64,000 nt of DNA from NCBI GenBank assembly GCA_041175465.1, contig JBEDEX010000002.1, forward strand, positions 36,405 through 100,404. The letters run 5' to 3'. This DNA is from Pseudomonadota bacterium. GTDB taxonomy: Bacteria > Pseudomonadota > Alphaproteobacteria > Sphingomonadales > Sphingomonadaceae. Made by a program: the position numbers and the translations under genes. The notes under the pieces are model-generated. The model made no database searches. It had not been told where the DNA came from and saw nothing but the letters and a program-made list of their open reading frames with translations. This document shows positions 1 through 10,410 of this stretch, piece by piece. The number at the start of each line of letters is the position of its first letter. Position 1 is the stretch's first letter.

Positions 1-615
1 GCTAACGAAGCCGAGGCTGTTTTGGCTGCGCCTTATGGTGACGGCGAAACGGTTCAGGATCGTCTGACCAACAATATCGCAACCATTGGTGAAAACCAGG
101 TTATCCGCCGCGTGAAGTCGCTTTCGGTCAGCAATGGTCGTGTGGTTTCTTATGTGCACAACGCAGCGGCACCCGGCATGGGCGGCATTGGCGTTTTAGT
201 GGCGCTTGAAAGCGAAGCGGACGCCGCGACGCTGGATGGTCTTGGTAAGCAATTGGCGATGCACATTGCTGCTGCATTCCCGCTGTCGCTGGACGAAACC
301 GGCCTTGATGCCGAAACGCTTGAGCGTGAACGTGGCATTGCCCGTGAGAAGGCATCGGAAAGCGGCAAGCCTGCTGATATTGTCGAAAAGATGGTTGAAG
401 GCGCGGTAAAGAAATTTGCCAAGGAAAATGCTTTGTTGAGCCAGCCATTTGTTATGGACGGCAAAACACCAATTTCTGACGTTGTGGCGGCCGCTGGTAA
501 AGAAGCTGGCAAGCCCATCGTGCTGAAGGACTATGTTCGCTTCCAGCTTGGTGAAGGCATTGAAAAGGAAGTGTCCGACTTTGCAGCTGAAGTAGCTGCT
601 GCGGTCGGCGCATAA
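1..615 (+). CDS. tsf: Elongation factor Ts, 5'-truncated by window edge
   Basis: Open frame from base 1 ([17 protein letters not shown]...). EF-Ts motifs [41 protein letters not shown]. Directly upstream of pyrH-frr. Confidence 0.97.
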   Translation, partial: ANEAEAVLAAPYGDGETVQDRLTNNIATIGENQVIRRVKSLSVSNGRVVSYVHNAAAPGMGGIGVLVALESEADAATLDGLGKQLAMHIAAAFPLSLDETGLDAETLERERGIAREKASESGKPADIVEKMVEGAVKKFAKENALLSQPFVMDGKTPISDVVAAAGKEAGKPIVLKDYVRFQLGEGIEKEVSDFAAEVAAAVGA

Positions 616-760
616 AAACAAAAAGTGCCGTTCGCACCCCGACTAAGCGGGATGCGCGCGGAGTTTATGTGCCGCTATTAAATTACGGCATAAGCACTTG
701 GCGATGTGGCGCGCGGCTCCTATAGCTGGGCGCCATTATCGTATCAGGGTGAGGGACATT

Positions 761-1486
761 ATGGGCGCGCACGGCTATCGTCGCATTCTGCTGAAATTAT
801 CAGGCGAAGTGCTTATGGGCGACCAAGCCTATGGTATTGACCCAGACACGGTCGCTCGTGTGGCCGAAGAGGTAAAGGCGGCGCAGGATACTGGTCTGCA
901 ACTCTGCCTGGTTATCGGTGGAGGTAATATCTTCCGTGGGATGTCCGGCGCGGCGAAGGGCATGGATCGCGCGCAAGCTGACTATATGGGCATGCTCGCT
1001 ACCGTCATGAACGCGCTGGCGATGCAGAATGCGCTGGAACAGCTTGGCGTGCCGACCCGTGTCCAATCCGCTATTGAGATGGATAAGGTTTGTGAGCCGG
1101 TCATTCGCCGCCGTGCGGAACGGCATTTGGAAAAGGGACGCATCGTCATTTTTGCCGCCGGCGTTGGTGCGCCATTCTTCACAACCGATAGCGGCGCTGC
1201 CTTGCGCGCGGCCGAAATGCAATGCGACGCCTTGTTTAAAGGAACGTCTGTCGATGGTGTTTATGATGCGGATCCCAAAAAGGTTCCAACGGCAAAGCGT
1301 TATGAAACATTAAGTTATGATCGTGTCTTGGCAGATAATCTGAAAGTTATGGATGCCAGCGCGGTATCTTTATGTCGTGACAACAACATTCCAATCGTGG
1401 TCTTCTCGATCCGCGAGCAGGGCAATATATTGAAAGTGCTCGACGGAAGCGGCACTTCAACTGTGGTAACAAGCGAAGGAAACTGA
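761..1486 (+). CDS. pyrH: UMP kinase
   Basis: [48 protein letters not shown]. Start moved to ATG 761 after GAGGGA. Confidence 0.97.
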   Translation: MGAHGYRRILLKLSGEVLMGDQAYGIDPDTVARVAEEVKAAQDTGLQLCLVIGGGNIFRGMSGAAKGMDRAQADYMGMLATVMNALAMQNALEQLGVPTRVQSAIEMDKVCEPVIRRRAERHLEKGRIVIFAAGVGAPFFTTDSGAALRAAEMQCDALFKGTSVDGVYDADPKKVPTAKRYETLSYDRVLADNLKVMDASAVSLCRDNNIPIVVFSIREQGNILKVLDGSGTSTVVTSEGN

Positions 1487-1489
1487 TCC

Positions 1490-2047
1490 ATGCCGCAATA
1501 TGATAAAACCGATGTAGAGCGCCGTATGAAGGGCGCTGTCGAATCATTCAAAAGCGATCTTTCGGGTTTAAGAACGGGTCGCGCCAATGTGACCTTGCTC
1601 GATCCCGTGGTGGTGGAAGTGTACGGATCACACATGCCGTTGAGCCAAGTTGCGACCGTCAGCGCGCCAGAGCCGCGTTTGCTCTCGGTGCAAGTATGGG
1701 ACCGGTCAAATGTGACACCGGTCGAAAAGGCGATTCGTTCGGCTGGCTTAGGCTTAAACCCGATTACCGATGGCCAAACGCTGCGTCTGCCTATTCCTGA
1801 CCTGACCGAAGAGCGCCGCAAAGAACTGGCAAAGCTTGCTGGCCAATATGCGGAAAAGGCAAAAATTGCGATCCGTAATGTGCGCCGTGATGCCAATGAC
1901 GGGCTGAAGACCGATGAAAACAAAAAGGAAATTAGCGAAGACGATCGCAAGCGTTTGGAAACTGAAGTCCAGAAAATGACCGATGAAATGATTAAGGCGG
2001 TCGACGACGCAGCAGCGCACAAGGAAAAGGAAATCCTGAGCCAGTGA
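1490..2047 (+). CDS. frr: Ribosome recycling factor
   Basis: [33 protein letters not shown]. Synteny. Confidence 0.97.
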   Translation: MPQYDKTDVERRMKGAVESFKSDLSGLRTGRANVTLLDPVVVEVYGSHMPLSQVATVSAPEPRLLSVQVWDRSNVTPVEKAIRSAGLGLNPITDGQTLRLPIPDLTEERRKELAKLAGQYAEKAKIAIRNVRRDANDGLKTDENKKEISEDDRKRLETEVQKMTDEMIKAVDDAAAHKEKEILSQ

Positions 2048-2087
2048 TTTTGGCCAATCCTGTAACTGCATCGGGTTTATGTAACTG

Positions 2088-2804
2088 ATGGCTGACGCTG
2101 AGGCACAAGAGCGCATTGCAGCCGGAACGGGCAAAATGCCGCGCCATGTTGCTATTATCATGGATGGTAATGGCCGTTGGGCGAAAAAGCGCATGTTGCC
2201 GCGTGCAATGGGGCATAAGCGGGGTGTCGAGACTGTCCGGAACATTGTCCGTGCGGCGGGTGAGCTCGGGCTGAACACGTTAAGCCTGTACGCCTTCTCT
2301 AGTGAGAATTGGAAACGGCCTGAGGATGAAATCAGTGACCTTATGGGCCTGATGCGCGATTTTATCAAATCTGATCTTGATGAATTCGCCTCTAACGATG
2401 TGCGGCTTAAAATTATTGGGAATTATAGAGCATTAGCGCCAGATATTGTCGAAATGCTCGACGAATCTATTGCACGGACATCAAAAAACAGCCGTACGAC
2501 ATTGGCGGTTGCGCTGAACTATGGATCACAAGACGAAATGGTCCGGGCGGCCCGTGCTGCTGCTGCACAAGGTGAGATTAGTGCCTTAAGCATCGAAGCT
2601 AATCTAGACACGGCTGGGCTGCCGCCTCTGGATTTACTCATCCGGACGTCAGGCGAACAACGGCTGTCCAATTTCATGCTGTGGCAGGCGGCTTATGCCG
2701 AATTTTGGTTTACGGACACCTTGTGGCCGGATTTCAACAAAGACGAGCTCGCGGCGGCTCTTAACGAATTTGCGCGGCGTGAACGGCGCTATGGTGGCCG
2801 ATGA
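2088..2804 (+). CDS. uppS: Undecaprenyl/isoprenyl diphosphate synthase
   Basis: PRHVAIIMDGNGRWA, YAFSSENWKRP, DLLIRTSGEQRLSNFMLWQ. Confidence 0.97.
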   Translation: MADAEAQERIAAGTGKMPRHVAIIMDGNGRWAKKRMLPRAMGHKRGVETVRNIVRAAGELGLNTLSLYAFSSENWKRPEDEISDLMGLMRDFIKSDLDEFASNDVRLKIIGNYRALAPDIVEMLDESIARTSKNSRTTLAVALNYGSQDEMVRAARAAAAQGEISALSIEANLDTAGLPPLDLLIRTSGEQRLSNFMLWQAAYAEFWFTDTLWPDFNKDELAAALNEFARRERRYGGR

Positions 2805-3538
2805 ACGATAAGGTCGCACCGCCGCTGAAGCCGCGCTCGGACTTGGGCATACGAACATTGTCGAGCGTCGTTATGATGTCGGTTGCTATACTTGCGATCT
2901 GGTTGGGCGGCTATGCCTTTATGGGGCTTGTTATCGCGATAGGCCTCGGCATTTTTTATGAATTTACGAAATTGGTACTTGGGTTCGCGCAAAGCGTTTC
3001 AGCGCGGATATTGTGGCTACTGGGCGGCCTGAGCTATGTCGGTCTGGCGTGCCTTACTTTGATGCTGTTCAGCGCGCCTTTCTTTGGCATGACGCCCGCA
3101 ATCATGTTGATTGCTGGTGTTATTGGTACTGACGTCGGTGCCTATTTCGCTGGGCGCAGCATAGGCGGCCCCAAAATCGCACCACGTATCAGTCCGTCTA
3201 AAACATGGTCTGGCCTTTTTGGCGGTATGATTGGTGCGGGCCTTATGATGGTAGCTATTCAGGCGGCTATCTACGCCTCGCTCGGCGGTCATGCCGGCGA
3301 TGGCGACGTCTATCTCGCCTATGACTGGTTCCGCCTCTTGCTAACAGGTGCCGCACTTGCGGTGATCGCGCAAATGGGCGACTTTTTCGAAAGCTGGATG
3401 AAGCGGCGGGCTGGGGTAAAAGATTCCGGTCGATTGATACCTGGCCATGGCGGGTTATTTGACCGCACGGATGGCCTTATCGCGGTCGCTTTTGCCGCCG
3501 GTGTCGTAATGGTTTTTCAAAGTGTGACGGCGAGCTGA
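2801..3538 (+). CDS. cdsA: Phosphatidate cytidylyltransferase
   Basis: APRISPSKTWSG, GDFFESWMKRRAGVKDSGRLIPGHGGLFDRTD. Hydrophobic. Confidence 0.96.
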   Translation: MNDKVAPPLKPRSDLGIRTLSSVVMMSVAILAIWLGGYAFMGLVIAIGLGIFYEFTKLVLGFAQSVSARILWLLGGLSYVGLACLTLMLFSAPFFGMTPAIMLIAGVIGTDVGAYFAGRSIGGPKIAPRISPSKTWSGLFGGMIGAGLMMVAIQAAIYASLGGHAGDGDVYLAYDWFRLLLTGAALAVIAQMGDFFESWMKRRAGVKDSGRLIPGHGGLFDRTDGLIAVAFAAGVVMVFQSVTAS

Positions 3539-3542
3539 TCCG

Positions 3543-4709
3543 GTGACCCGCAGCGTTTCCATCTTTGGCGCAACAGGTTCGGTCGGGTTATCGACGCTCG
3601 ATCTCATTCGCCAGCACCGTAGCCAATATCGCGTTGTCGCGCTAACGGCGAACGGCAATGCCGCGGCCATAGCCCAATTGGCACGCGAGTTTGATGCCGA
3701 ACTGGCGGTTGTTGCCGATAAGGCTGCTTATGCCGAACTCAAGGATGCATTGGCAGGGACAGGCATAGAAGCCGCAGCCGGCGCAGGCGCGCTTGTGGAA
3801 GCCGCCAGACGCAATGCCGACTGGACCATGGCGTCCATAGTAGGCTGCGCTGGATTGCCCTCTACGATGGCTGCAATCGAGGCTGGGAAGACCGTAGCCT
3901 TAGCCAACAAAGAGGCATTGGTATCCGCAGGCGCATTGATGATGGCTGCGGTGCATCATTCGGGGGCAACGCTTTTGCCTGTCGATAGTGAACATAATGC
4001 GATATTCCAGTGCCTATCGGGCGGTAAATTTGACCAAGTGCGCAAGATTACCCTGACCGCGAGCGGCGGGCCCTTTCGTTCTTTCTCGCGTGAGGAAATG
4101 CGCGGTGTGACGCCAGCGCAGGCCGTGGCGCATCCAAATTGGGACATGGGTGCAAAGATCAGCATCGATTCCGCGACTATGATGAACAAAGGCCTCGAAC
4201 TGATTGAGGCTTATCATTTGTTTCCAGTGGGCTTGGATAAAATCGATATTCTCGTCCATCCACAATCGGTCATTCATTCGATGGTCGAATATGTCGATTG
4301 TTCAACTTTGGCACAGCTTGGCTCGCCAGATATGCGCATTCCCATTGCCAGTGCGCTGGCATGGCCAGAGCGCATAGCGACAACGTGCAAGCCGTTGGAT
4401 TTGGCGACCATTGGGCAGTTGACGTTTGAGCAGCCGGATATCGTACGCTTCCCAGCCTTGCGGCTTGCCCGTGCGGCTATTGCGGAGGGCGGAGCAAAGC
4501 CGGCCATTTTGAACGCCGCCAATGAAGTTGCCGTGGCGGCGTTTTTGGCTGGCCAAATCGGTTTTCTCGATATTGCCGCACTCGTCGAAGCTACGTTGAT
4601 GGCTTATGTTCCAGAGGCGCCTACAAATTTGGAAAATCTGTTCAGCATAGATGCAGCTGCGCGACAATATGCCCGTGCCGAATTGGAGAAATTTTTACGT
4701 GACTATTGA
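3543..4709 (+). CDS. dxr: 1-deoxy-D-xylulose-5-phosphate reductoisomerase
   Basis: GATGSVG, LANKEALV, LPVDSEHNAIFQ, HPNWDMGAKISIDSATMMNKGLE. GTG start. Confidence 0.97.
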   Translation: MTRSVSIFGATGSVGLSTLDLIRQHRSQYRVVALTANGNAAAIAQLAREFDAELAVVADKAAYAELKDALAGTGIEAAAGAGALVEAARRNADWTMASIVGCAGLPSTMAAIEAGKTVALANKEALVSAGALMMAAVHHSGATLLPVDSEHNAIFQCLSGGKFDQVRKITLTASGGPFRSFSREEMRGVTPAQAVAHPNWDMGAKISIDSATMMNKGLELIEAYHLFPVGLDKIDILVHPQSVIHSMVEYVDCSTLAQLGSPDMRIPIASALAWPERIATTCKPLDLATIGQLTFEQPDIVRFPALRLARAAIAEGGAKPAILNAANEVAVAAFLAGQIGFLDIAALVEATLMAYVPEAPTNLENLFSIDAAARQYARAELEKFLRDY

Positions 4710-5820
4710 AACACCCCATATCCTTTTAACGTTAGTCGCGTTTTTGTTGCTGATCGGCTCACTTGTCGTGGTGCATGAGCTTGGCCATTATGCCGTGGGC
4801 CGATGGTTCGGCGTGAAGGCTGAAAAATTCTCAATCGGCTTTGGCCCGCAAATTTGGGGCAGGGTTGATAAGCGCGGTACTTTGTGGCGCATTGGCCTCT
4901 TACCTTTGGGTGGCTTTGTCCAATTTGCAGGCGACATGAACCCTGCGAGCCAAGCCGACGAAAGCTGGAAGCAGCTACCTGAACAGGAACGCAACCAAAC
5001 GTTCCAGTCGAAAACCTTGTGGCAACGTGCGTTGATTGTTTTTGCTGGGCCAGCGGTGAATTTCATATTGGCCATCTTGATCGCGATGGGTTTTCTGTTG
5101 GCATTTGGGAAATCGGTGACACCACCAGTGGTTTCTGTCGTTCAGCAGAATAGCTCTGCTGCGGTTGCTGGGTTGCAAGTAGGTGACCGTATCCTGACAT
5201 TGAATGATCGGAATGTCGAAACATTCGAAGCAATGGCCAATGAAGTGATCATGATTCCTGGCGAAAAAATCGTTATGGAAATCGAACGTGATGGTGCGCG
5301 CATAACAAAGGTCGCTACGGTAGCTGAGGTTATAGAGGCTGATCGGTTCGGTAACGAATATCGTATTGGTCGGCTCGGTATCGGTGCGGGTAAAATGGAA
5401 GTTCGCGAAGTTGGTCTGCTTGAGGCTCCATGGGCTGCGGTTGAACAAACAGGTAATATTTTGCGCCAACAAGTCATTGGCCTTGGTCAGATTATTTCCG
5501 GCCGCCGACCTATTTCCGAACTTGGCGGTCCTTTGAAAATTGCAAAAGTATCCGGCGAGGCCATGAGCCTTGGCATTTTAACCTTCATTAGTCTGGCTGC
5601 GTTGATCTCAATTAACTTAGGGTTCATCAATCTCCTGCCAATCCCGATGCTCGATGGAGGGCATTTGCTGCTCTACGCGGTGGAAGCGGTGCGTAGACGT
5701 CCAGCGACGCCAAAAGTGCAGGAGTGGGCTTTTCGTGCAGGATTTGCGATGCTTGCGGCATTTATGATTATGGTGACATTCAACGACCTTGCGTCTTTCG
5801 GTCTTTTCGGAAGCGGTTGA
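4699..5820 (+). CDS. rseP: RIP metalloprotease RseP
   Basis: HELGH zinc motif, PDZ-like middle region, NLLPIPMLDGGH. Probable GTG start at 4699 after GGAG, overlapping the dxr end. Confidence 0.95.
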   Translation: MTIETPHILLTLVAFLLLIGSLVVVHELGHYAVGRWFGVKAEKFSIGFGPQIWGRVDKRGTLWRIGLLPLGGFVQFAGDMNPASQADESWKQLPEQERNQTFQSKTLWQRALIVFAGPAVNFILAILIAMGFLLAFGKSVTPPVVSVVQQNSSAAVAGLQVGDRILTLNDRNVETFEAMANEVIMIPGEKIVMEIERDGARITKVATVAEVIEADRFGNEYRIGRLGIGAGKMEVREVGLLEAPWAAVEQTGNILRQQVIGLGQIISGRRPISELGGPLKIAKVSGEAMSLGILTFISLAALISINLGFINLLPIPMLDGGHLLLYAVEAVRRRPATPKVQEWAFRAGFAMLAAFMIMVTFNDLASFGLFGSG

Positions 5821-5920
5821 GGGCATTGCATACTTGATTGCGCGCGCTGCATGGGGCAGGGACGCAAAACTATTTTTGCGGCAATATACCAACGCTCGAT
5901 AGGGGCGGACATCAGATCGG

Positions 5921-8596
5921 ATGACAATGAAAAGTAGACCTTGCGGTAACTTCAAAAGCTTTGGCATATATTTGATGGGCTCGACGGCGCTTGCCGCGAC
6001 GGGTACCATGACGCCTGCTTTTGCGCAGACCGCGCCGGCGAAGCCAGCTGTTCAGCCTGAGGTAGCCGCACCCGTTGAAACCATTCAATCTATTACTGTC
6101 GCCGGTACGCAACGACTCGAGGCGGATACTGTTCGGTCGTATATCCGCTTACGCACGGGGCAGCCATGGACGCAGGTCGCTGCAGACCAAGCGTTGAAGG
6201 ACCTTTATGCGACGGAATTGTTCGCGGATGTTGCTGTTCGCAATAACGCCGGCGCTGTTGTTATTGAGGTGCGCGAAAACCCAGTTGTGAACCGTATCAT
6301 TCTTGAAGGCAATAAGCGCATCAAGAATGACAAAATTGAACCAGAAATCAAACTTGCACCGCGTCAAATTTATTCGCGTTCTAAAGTACGCGCTGACGTT
6401 GCGCGCATCGTTGAATTATACAAGCGCCAAGGGCGCTTTGCCGCGGTCGTTGAACCAAAGCTGGTTCAACTTGACCAGAACCGCGTGGACATTGTTTTCG
6501 AAGTTACCGAAGGGCCAAAGTCTAAGGTTCAGCAGATCAACATCATCGGCAATGAAAAGTTTTCCGATGGCCAGTTGCGCGGCGAGATGGTTACGAAGCA
6601 AGCTCGTTTTTATCGATTTTTCAGCTCCGGCACCAGCTATGATCCCGATCGCTTGGCATTCGACCAACAAAAGTTGCGTCAATTCTACCTGACACAAGGC
6701 TATGCAGATTTTCGCGTTGTTTCCGCTGTCGCTGAGCTGACACCAGATAAGCAGGACTTCATTATCACTTATGTGGTGGAAGAAGGTGACCGCTACAAAT
6801 TTGGCGACGTCAAGGTTGAGAGCCAAATTCGGGATTTTGATTCAGAGCGTCTGACGACGACTTTGCGCATGAAAAAAGGCGACTGGTATGACGCCAAGAT
6901 GGTCGAAGACACGGTTGAAAGCCTGTCGGAAACTGCTGGCCTGTTCGGTTATGCCTTTGCTGACGTTAACCCTGATTTCCAACGGAACAAAGATGCCCTG
7001 ACAATGGGCATTACATTCAACGTGGCAGAATCTCCGCGCGTTTTTGTGGAGCGGATCGACATTAACGGCAATACGCTGACTCAAGATAAGGTCGTTCGTC
7101 GCGAATTCCGCCTGAACGAAGGCGATGCGTTTAACAGCATTCAGGTAAAGCGGACAGCCGAACGCATTAAGTCGTTGGGATATTTCCAAGAAGACCTCGA
7201 AGTTGAGCAGGAACAGGGCAGTGGCCCCGATCGCATCATTCTGAGCACCAATGTGGAAGAAAAAGCGACAGGCGAATTGTCCTTGTCGGCTGGATTTTCA
7301 TCAATCGAAAATTTCATTTTTCAAGGTTCAATCAAGCAGCGAAATTTCCGTGGCCTTGGTCAGGAATTGCGGACGAATATTTCTTATTCATCTTATTCCA
7401 AATCGGCGGAAATTGGATTTACCGAGCCATATTTGTTTGATCGTTCCATTGCCATATCAGGCGATATTTTCCGTCGCGATTTGAACAGCTTCAATTTCTT
7501 TAATAATCAACGCAACACGACATATCAGCAAGCCACAACAGGTATGCAGGTGCGCGTTGGAGTGCCGGTTAATGAATTTATTTATTTTCAGGCGCGCTAC
7601 GGGTTGAGCCAAGATGATATTTCACTTGATGAAAACACCTTCTTCTCTGACCCGGATGGTGTAGGCCCGCTTCTACCATCGTGCGACCCAATCATTGCAG
7701 GGCGTTTTCTGTGCGATGCAATTGGTAAGCGTGTGACGTCCTCCCTTGGGTACACATTGCTTTATGATGATCGCGACAACCGCATTCGCCCAACACGCGG
7801 CCAAAGCTTCGGGATAAGCCAAGACTTTGCGGGGCTCGGCGGTGACGTCAAATATGTTAAAACACGTATTAACGCTGACAAATTTTGGAAACCATTCGGT
7901 AATTTTGTTTTCGGCTTGTCGCTGGAAGGTGGGTATATCCATCCATTAGAAGATCGTGGTTTGACATCGGAGGGTATAGACGATGTTCGCCTAACCGACC
8001 GTTTCTATCTGGGGGAGCCGCAAATGCGCGGGTTCGACATTCGTGGCATCGGTCCACGTGTGCAGCGCGTGTTCTTTGAGAGCCAGATTGTAAACGGCGT
8101 GGCTGTAAATGCGCCGCTGACCGATCGCAATCAGATACAGGACGACTCCATCGGCGGCCGCTTCTATTATCTTGGCCGTGCCGAACTTCAAATTCCGTTG
8201 GGCAGCGGCGCAAAAGAGTTGGGCTTGCGGCCTTCCATGTTCGTCGATGTCGGCTCTGTGTTTGATGTGACACGACCTATTTTGCAGACCGTGCCGCAGC
8301 GTGAAGTGCTGTCGAATGGTGCTCAAGGTGCGCCATTATACTATTTCGTGGATAGCGCCGGTACGCTTCAAACATCCACCACGGCTACGAATGCGGATGG
8401 CTCTACCCGGGTTGCCGCGCTGCGTTTTGAAGAACGCTTTTTTGGCGACAGTTGGAAGCCTCGCTTATCGGTTGGTTTTGGCGTTAACTGGAATTCACCA
8501 TTTGGTCCGTTCAGGATTGATATTGCCCGCGCTCTGCTCAAGCAGGAGGGGGATGACACAAAATTATTTACATTCAACGTAGGAACGCAATTCTAA
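5921..8596 (+). CDS. bamA: Outer membrane protein assembly factor BamA
   Basis: POTRA repeats (GNEKFSD, NTLTQDKVVRREF), MRGFDIRGIG loop-6 motif, C-terminal SPFGPFRID...FNVGTQF. Confidence 0.97.
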   Translation: MTMKSRPCGNFKSFGIYLMGSTALAATGTMTPAFAQTAPAKPAVQPEVAAPVETIQSITVAGTQRLEADTVRSYIRLRTGQPWTQVAADQALKDLYATELFADVAVRNNAGAVVIEVRENPVVNRIILEGNKRIKNDKIEPEIKLAPRQIYSRSKVRADVARIVELYKRQGRFAAVVEPKLVQLDQNRVDIVFEVTEGPKSKVQQINIIGNEKFSDGQLRGEMVTKQARFYRFFSSGTSYDPDRLAFDQQKLRQFYLTQGYADFRVVSAVAELTPDKQDFIITYVVEEGDRYKFGDVKVESQIRDFDSERLTTTLRMKKGDWYDAKMVEDTVESLSETAGLFGYAFADVNPDFQRNKDALTMGITFNVAESPRVFVERIDINGNTLTQDKVVRREFRLNEGDAFNSIQVKRTAERIKSLGYFQEDLEVEQEQGSGPDRIILSTNVEEKATGELSLSAGFSSIENFIFQGSIKQRNFRGLGQELRTNISYSSYSKSAEIGFTEPYLFDRSIAISGDIFRRDLNSFNFFNNQRNTTYQQATTGMQVRVGVPVNEFIYFQARYGLSQDDISLDENTFFSDPDGVGPLLPSCDPIIAGRFLCDAIGKRVTSSLGYTLLYDDRDNRIRPTRGQSFGISQDFAGLGGDVKYVKTRINADKFWKPFGNFVFGLSLEGGYIHPLEDRGLTSEGIDDVRLTDRFYLGEPQMRGFDIRGIGPRVQRVFFESQIVNGVAVNAPLTDRNQIQDDSIGGRFYYLGRAELQIPLGSGAKELGLRPSMFVDVGSVFDVTRPILQTVPQREVLSNGAQGAPLYYFVDSAGTLQTSTTATNADGSTRVAALRFEERFFGDSWKPRLSVGFGVNWNSPFGPFRIDIARALLKQEGDDTKLFTFNVGTQF

Positions 8597-9291
8597 TGAA
8601 TATTCGTAAAAATATGATCATCGCAGCCTTTTTGTCGGCTGCTGCCATTTCTGTACCCGCCTCTGCGCAAGTTGCAGGTATCGCAACTTCTGACACGGCT
8701 GTTGCGATAACCCGTTCTAAGGCTCTTGGTAGTGCCTATCAGCAAATCGGCGCACAATTCGCCACCGTTGCGCAGCAATTGCAAGCCAAGCGGGTCGAGA
8801 TTAACAATCTGAATGCGCAGCTTGATATCAACAAAGATAAGGAGCTGACGCAGGCCGAACTGGACGTTGCTATTAAGGCGAATAGCCCCTTGTTGAAGCA
8901 GCTCGACGCAAAGCAGAAGGAAATGAATACGCTTCAAGATCCTATCGTGCTTGCACAGCTTTATGCCGTTGAGCAGATTGCGTTGAAATTTGACGCTGCA
9001 CAGCAAGCCGTCATTACTGCCAAGAAAATCAATGTTATCCTTGCGCCGGATGCATTTGTCTGGGCACCAGAAGCGGTTGATGTGACCGCTGCGATTACGG
9101 CTGAATTGGACAAGACGGTCCCATCGGTAATGATAACCCCGCCAGCTGGTTGGCGCCCGTCGCGCCAGATTGGCGCCTTGTATCAGCAGATACAGCAACT
9201 GATTAGTGCCGCAACGCAGCAGGCCCAAGCGGCTGCCGCTACGCAGGCGCGTCCTGCTGCAGCACCAGCAGCACAGCCTGAAAGCCGCTAA
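8596..9291 (+). CDS. skp: OmpH/Skp family periplasmic chaperone
   Basis: Signal peptide (ASA/QVAG), coiled-coil Q/A-rich body, [13 protein letters not shown]-terminal motif. Lies between bamA and fabZ. Confidence 0.8.
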   Translation: MNIRKNMIIAAFLSAAAISVPASAQVAGIATSDTAVAITRSKALGSAYQQIGAQFATVAQQLQAKRVEINNLNAQLDINKDKELTQAELDVAIKANSPLLKQLDAKQKEMNTLQDPIVLAQLYAVEQIALKFDAAQQAVITAKKINVILAPDAFVWAPEAVDVTAAITAELDKTVPSVMITPPAGWRPSRQIGALYQQIQQLISAATQQAQAAAATQARPAAAPAAQPESR

Positions 9292-9296
9292 ATTTT

Positions 9297-9758
9297 ATGT
9301 CTGAGGGCGATTTCAGCAACTATGATGTACGCCGGGTTATGGCGGTGCTTCCGCACCGCTACCCCATGCTTTTGGTCGACCGCGTAGAAGAGCTTGTCGT
9401 TGACGAGCGTATATGTGCGGTCAAGGCCGTAACCATGAATGAAGGGTTTTTTCAGGGGCATTTTCCTGGACGGCCAATCATGCCAGGTGTTTTGATTGTT
9501 GAGGCTCTGGCCCAAGCGGCTGGGGTGTTGGCGATGGAAAGCCTTGGACTGATTGGCTCGGGCAAACTTGTGTATTTTATGTCAATCGACAATGCCAAGT
9601 TCCGCGCACCGGTGGAGCCGGGATGCCTAATGCATTTGCATGTTGAATTTGTGCAGAAACGTGCGCGCGTTTGCAAATTTGCCGGACGCGCCATGGTTGG
9701 TGACCAAATCGCTGCTGAGGCTGAGTTTATGGCGATGATTGCGGAACCACCTGCCTGA
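9297..9758 (+). CDS. fabZ: 3-hydroxyacyl-ACP dehydratase
   Basis: [36 protein letters not shown]. Confidence 0.97.
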   Translation: MSEGDFSNYDVRRVMAVLPHRYPMLLVDRVEELVVDERICAVKAVTMNEGFFQGHFPGRPIMPGVLIVEALAQAAGVLAMESLGLIGSGKLVYFMSIDNAKFRAPVEPGCLMHLHVEFVQKRARVCKFAGRAMVGDQIAAEAEFMAMIAEPPA

Positions 9759-9865
9759 TCGATAGTATCATCATCTATAACTTGGTTCAGGCTCATGCGT
9801 TACAATTCAGTGTTAGAAGTAACCAAGGGCGATGATCGTAATGCCAAGCAACATGATATTTCCAT

Positions 9866-9894
9866 GTTGCTATCTCATGCGCCCCCCGCTATGC
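9866..9894 (+). promoter_or_regulatory. Putative sigma70 promoter of rpmE
   Basis: GTTGCT-N17-CTATGC, matching the alphaproteobacterial CTTGAC-N17-CTATAT-type consensus. Confidence 0.5.
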
Positions 9895-9955
9895 GCGGCG
9901 CTTCCGAATTTAGGGTTGCCGGTCGGAAACCGGTGACTGAACAAAGGATTTATGT

Positions 9956-10183
9956 ATGAAAGCCGACATTCACCCCGATTATCACATGATCAAGGTGCAG
10001 ATGACCGATGGCACTGTCTTCGAAACGCGCTCTACTTGGGGCAAGGAAGGCGACACGCTTGCTCTGGATATTGATCCGACATCGCACCCAGCATGGACCG
10101 GCGGTTCGGGCCGTATGCTTGACACTGGTGGCCGCGTAGCCCAGTTTAACAAGCGTTTTGGTGGCCTCAGCCTCAAAAAGTAA
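9956..10183 (+). CDS. rpmE: 50S ribosomal protein L31 (Cys-less type)
   Basis: [10 protein letters not shown]...[14 protein letters not shown]...[10 protein letters not shown]. Confidence 0.97.
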   Translation: MKADIHPDYHMIKVQMTDGTVFETRSTWGKEGDTLALDIDPTSHPAWTGGSGRMLDTGGRVAQFNKRFGGLSLKK

Positions 10184-10192
10184 AATTTTCAT

Positions 10193-10216
10193 TGTGCCGG
10201 GCTAAGGCTCGGCACA
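10193..10216 (+). terminator. Hairpin downstream of rpmE, likely intrinsic terminator
   Basis: TGTGCCGGGC-TAAG-GCTCGGCACA followed by an AT-rich tract. Confidence 0.6.
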
Positions 10217-10278
10217 GTATATATTTAAGGTCTAAAGTTAGACCGAAAATGGGATCGCGCCTGCCTCAGTGGCGCTAT

Positions 10279-10356
10279 GGCGACCGTAGCTCAGTTGGTT
10301 AGAGCGCTGGTTTGTGGTACCAGAGGTCGGGGGTTCAAGACCCCTCGGTCGCCCCA
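10279..10356 (+). tRNA. tRNA-His(GTG) with G-1, C73 and encoded CCA
   Basis: Acceptor stem GCGACCG/CGGTCGC, D arm GCTCAGTTGGTTAGAGC, anticodon arm CTGGT-TTGTGGT-ACCAG, T arm GGGGG-TTCAAGA-CCCCT, 3' end C-CCA. Confidence 0.97.
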
Positions 10357-10391
10357 TTTCTCCCACGTGAAAATCTGTGTGACTTTTGCCT

Positions 10392-10410
10392 TGCGTAATA
10401 TTATTACGCA
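10392..10410. promoter_or_regulatory. Perfect palindrome, candidate operator upstream of the amino acid dehydrogenase
   Basis: TGCGTAAT-ATT-ATTACGCA, 57 nt before the ATG at 10468. Confidence 0.45.
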
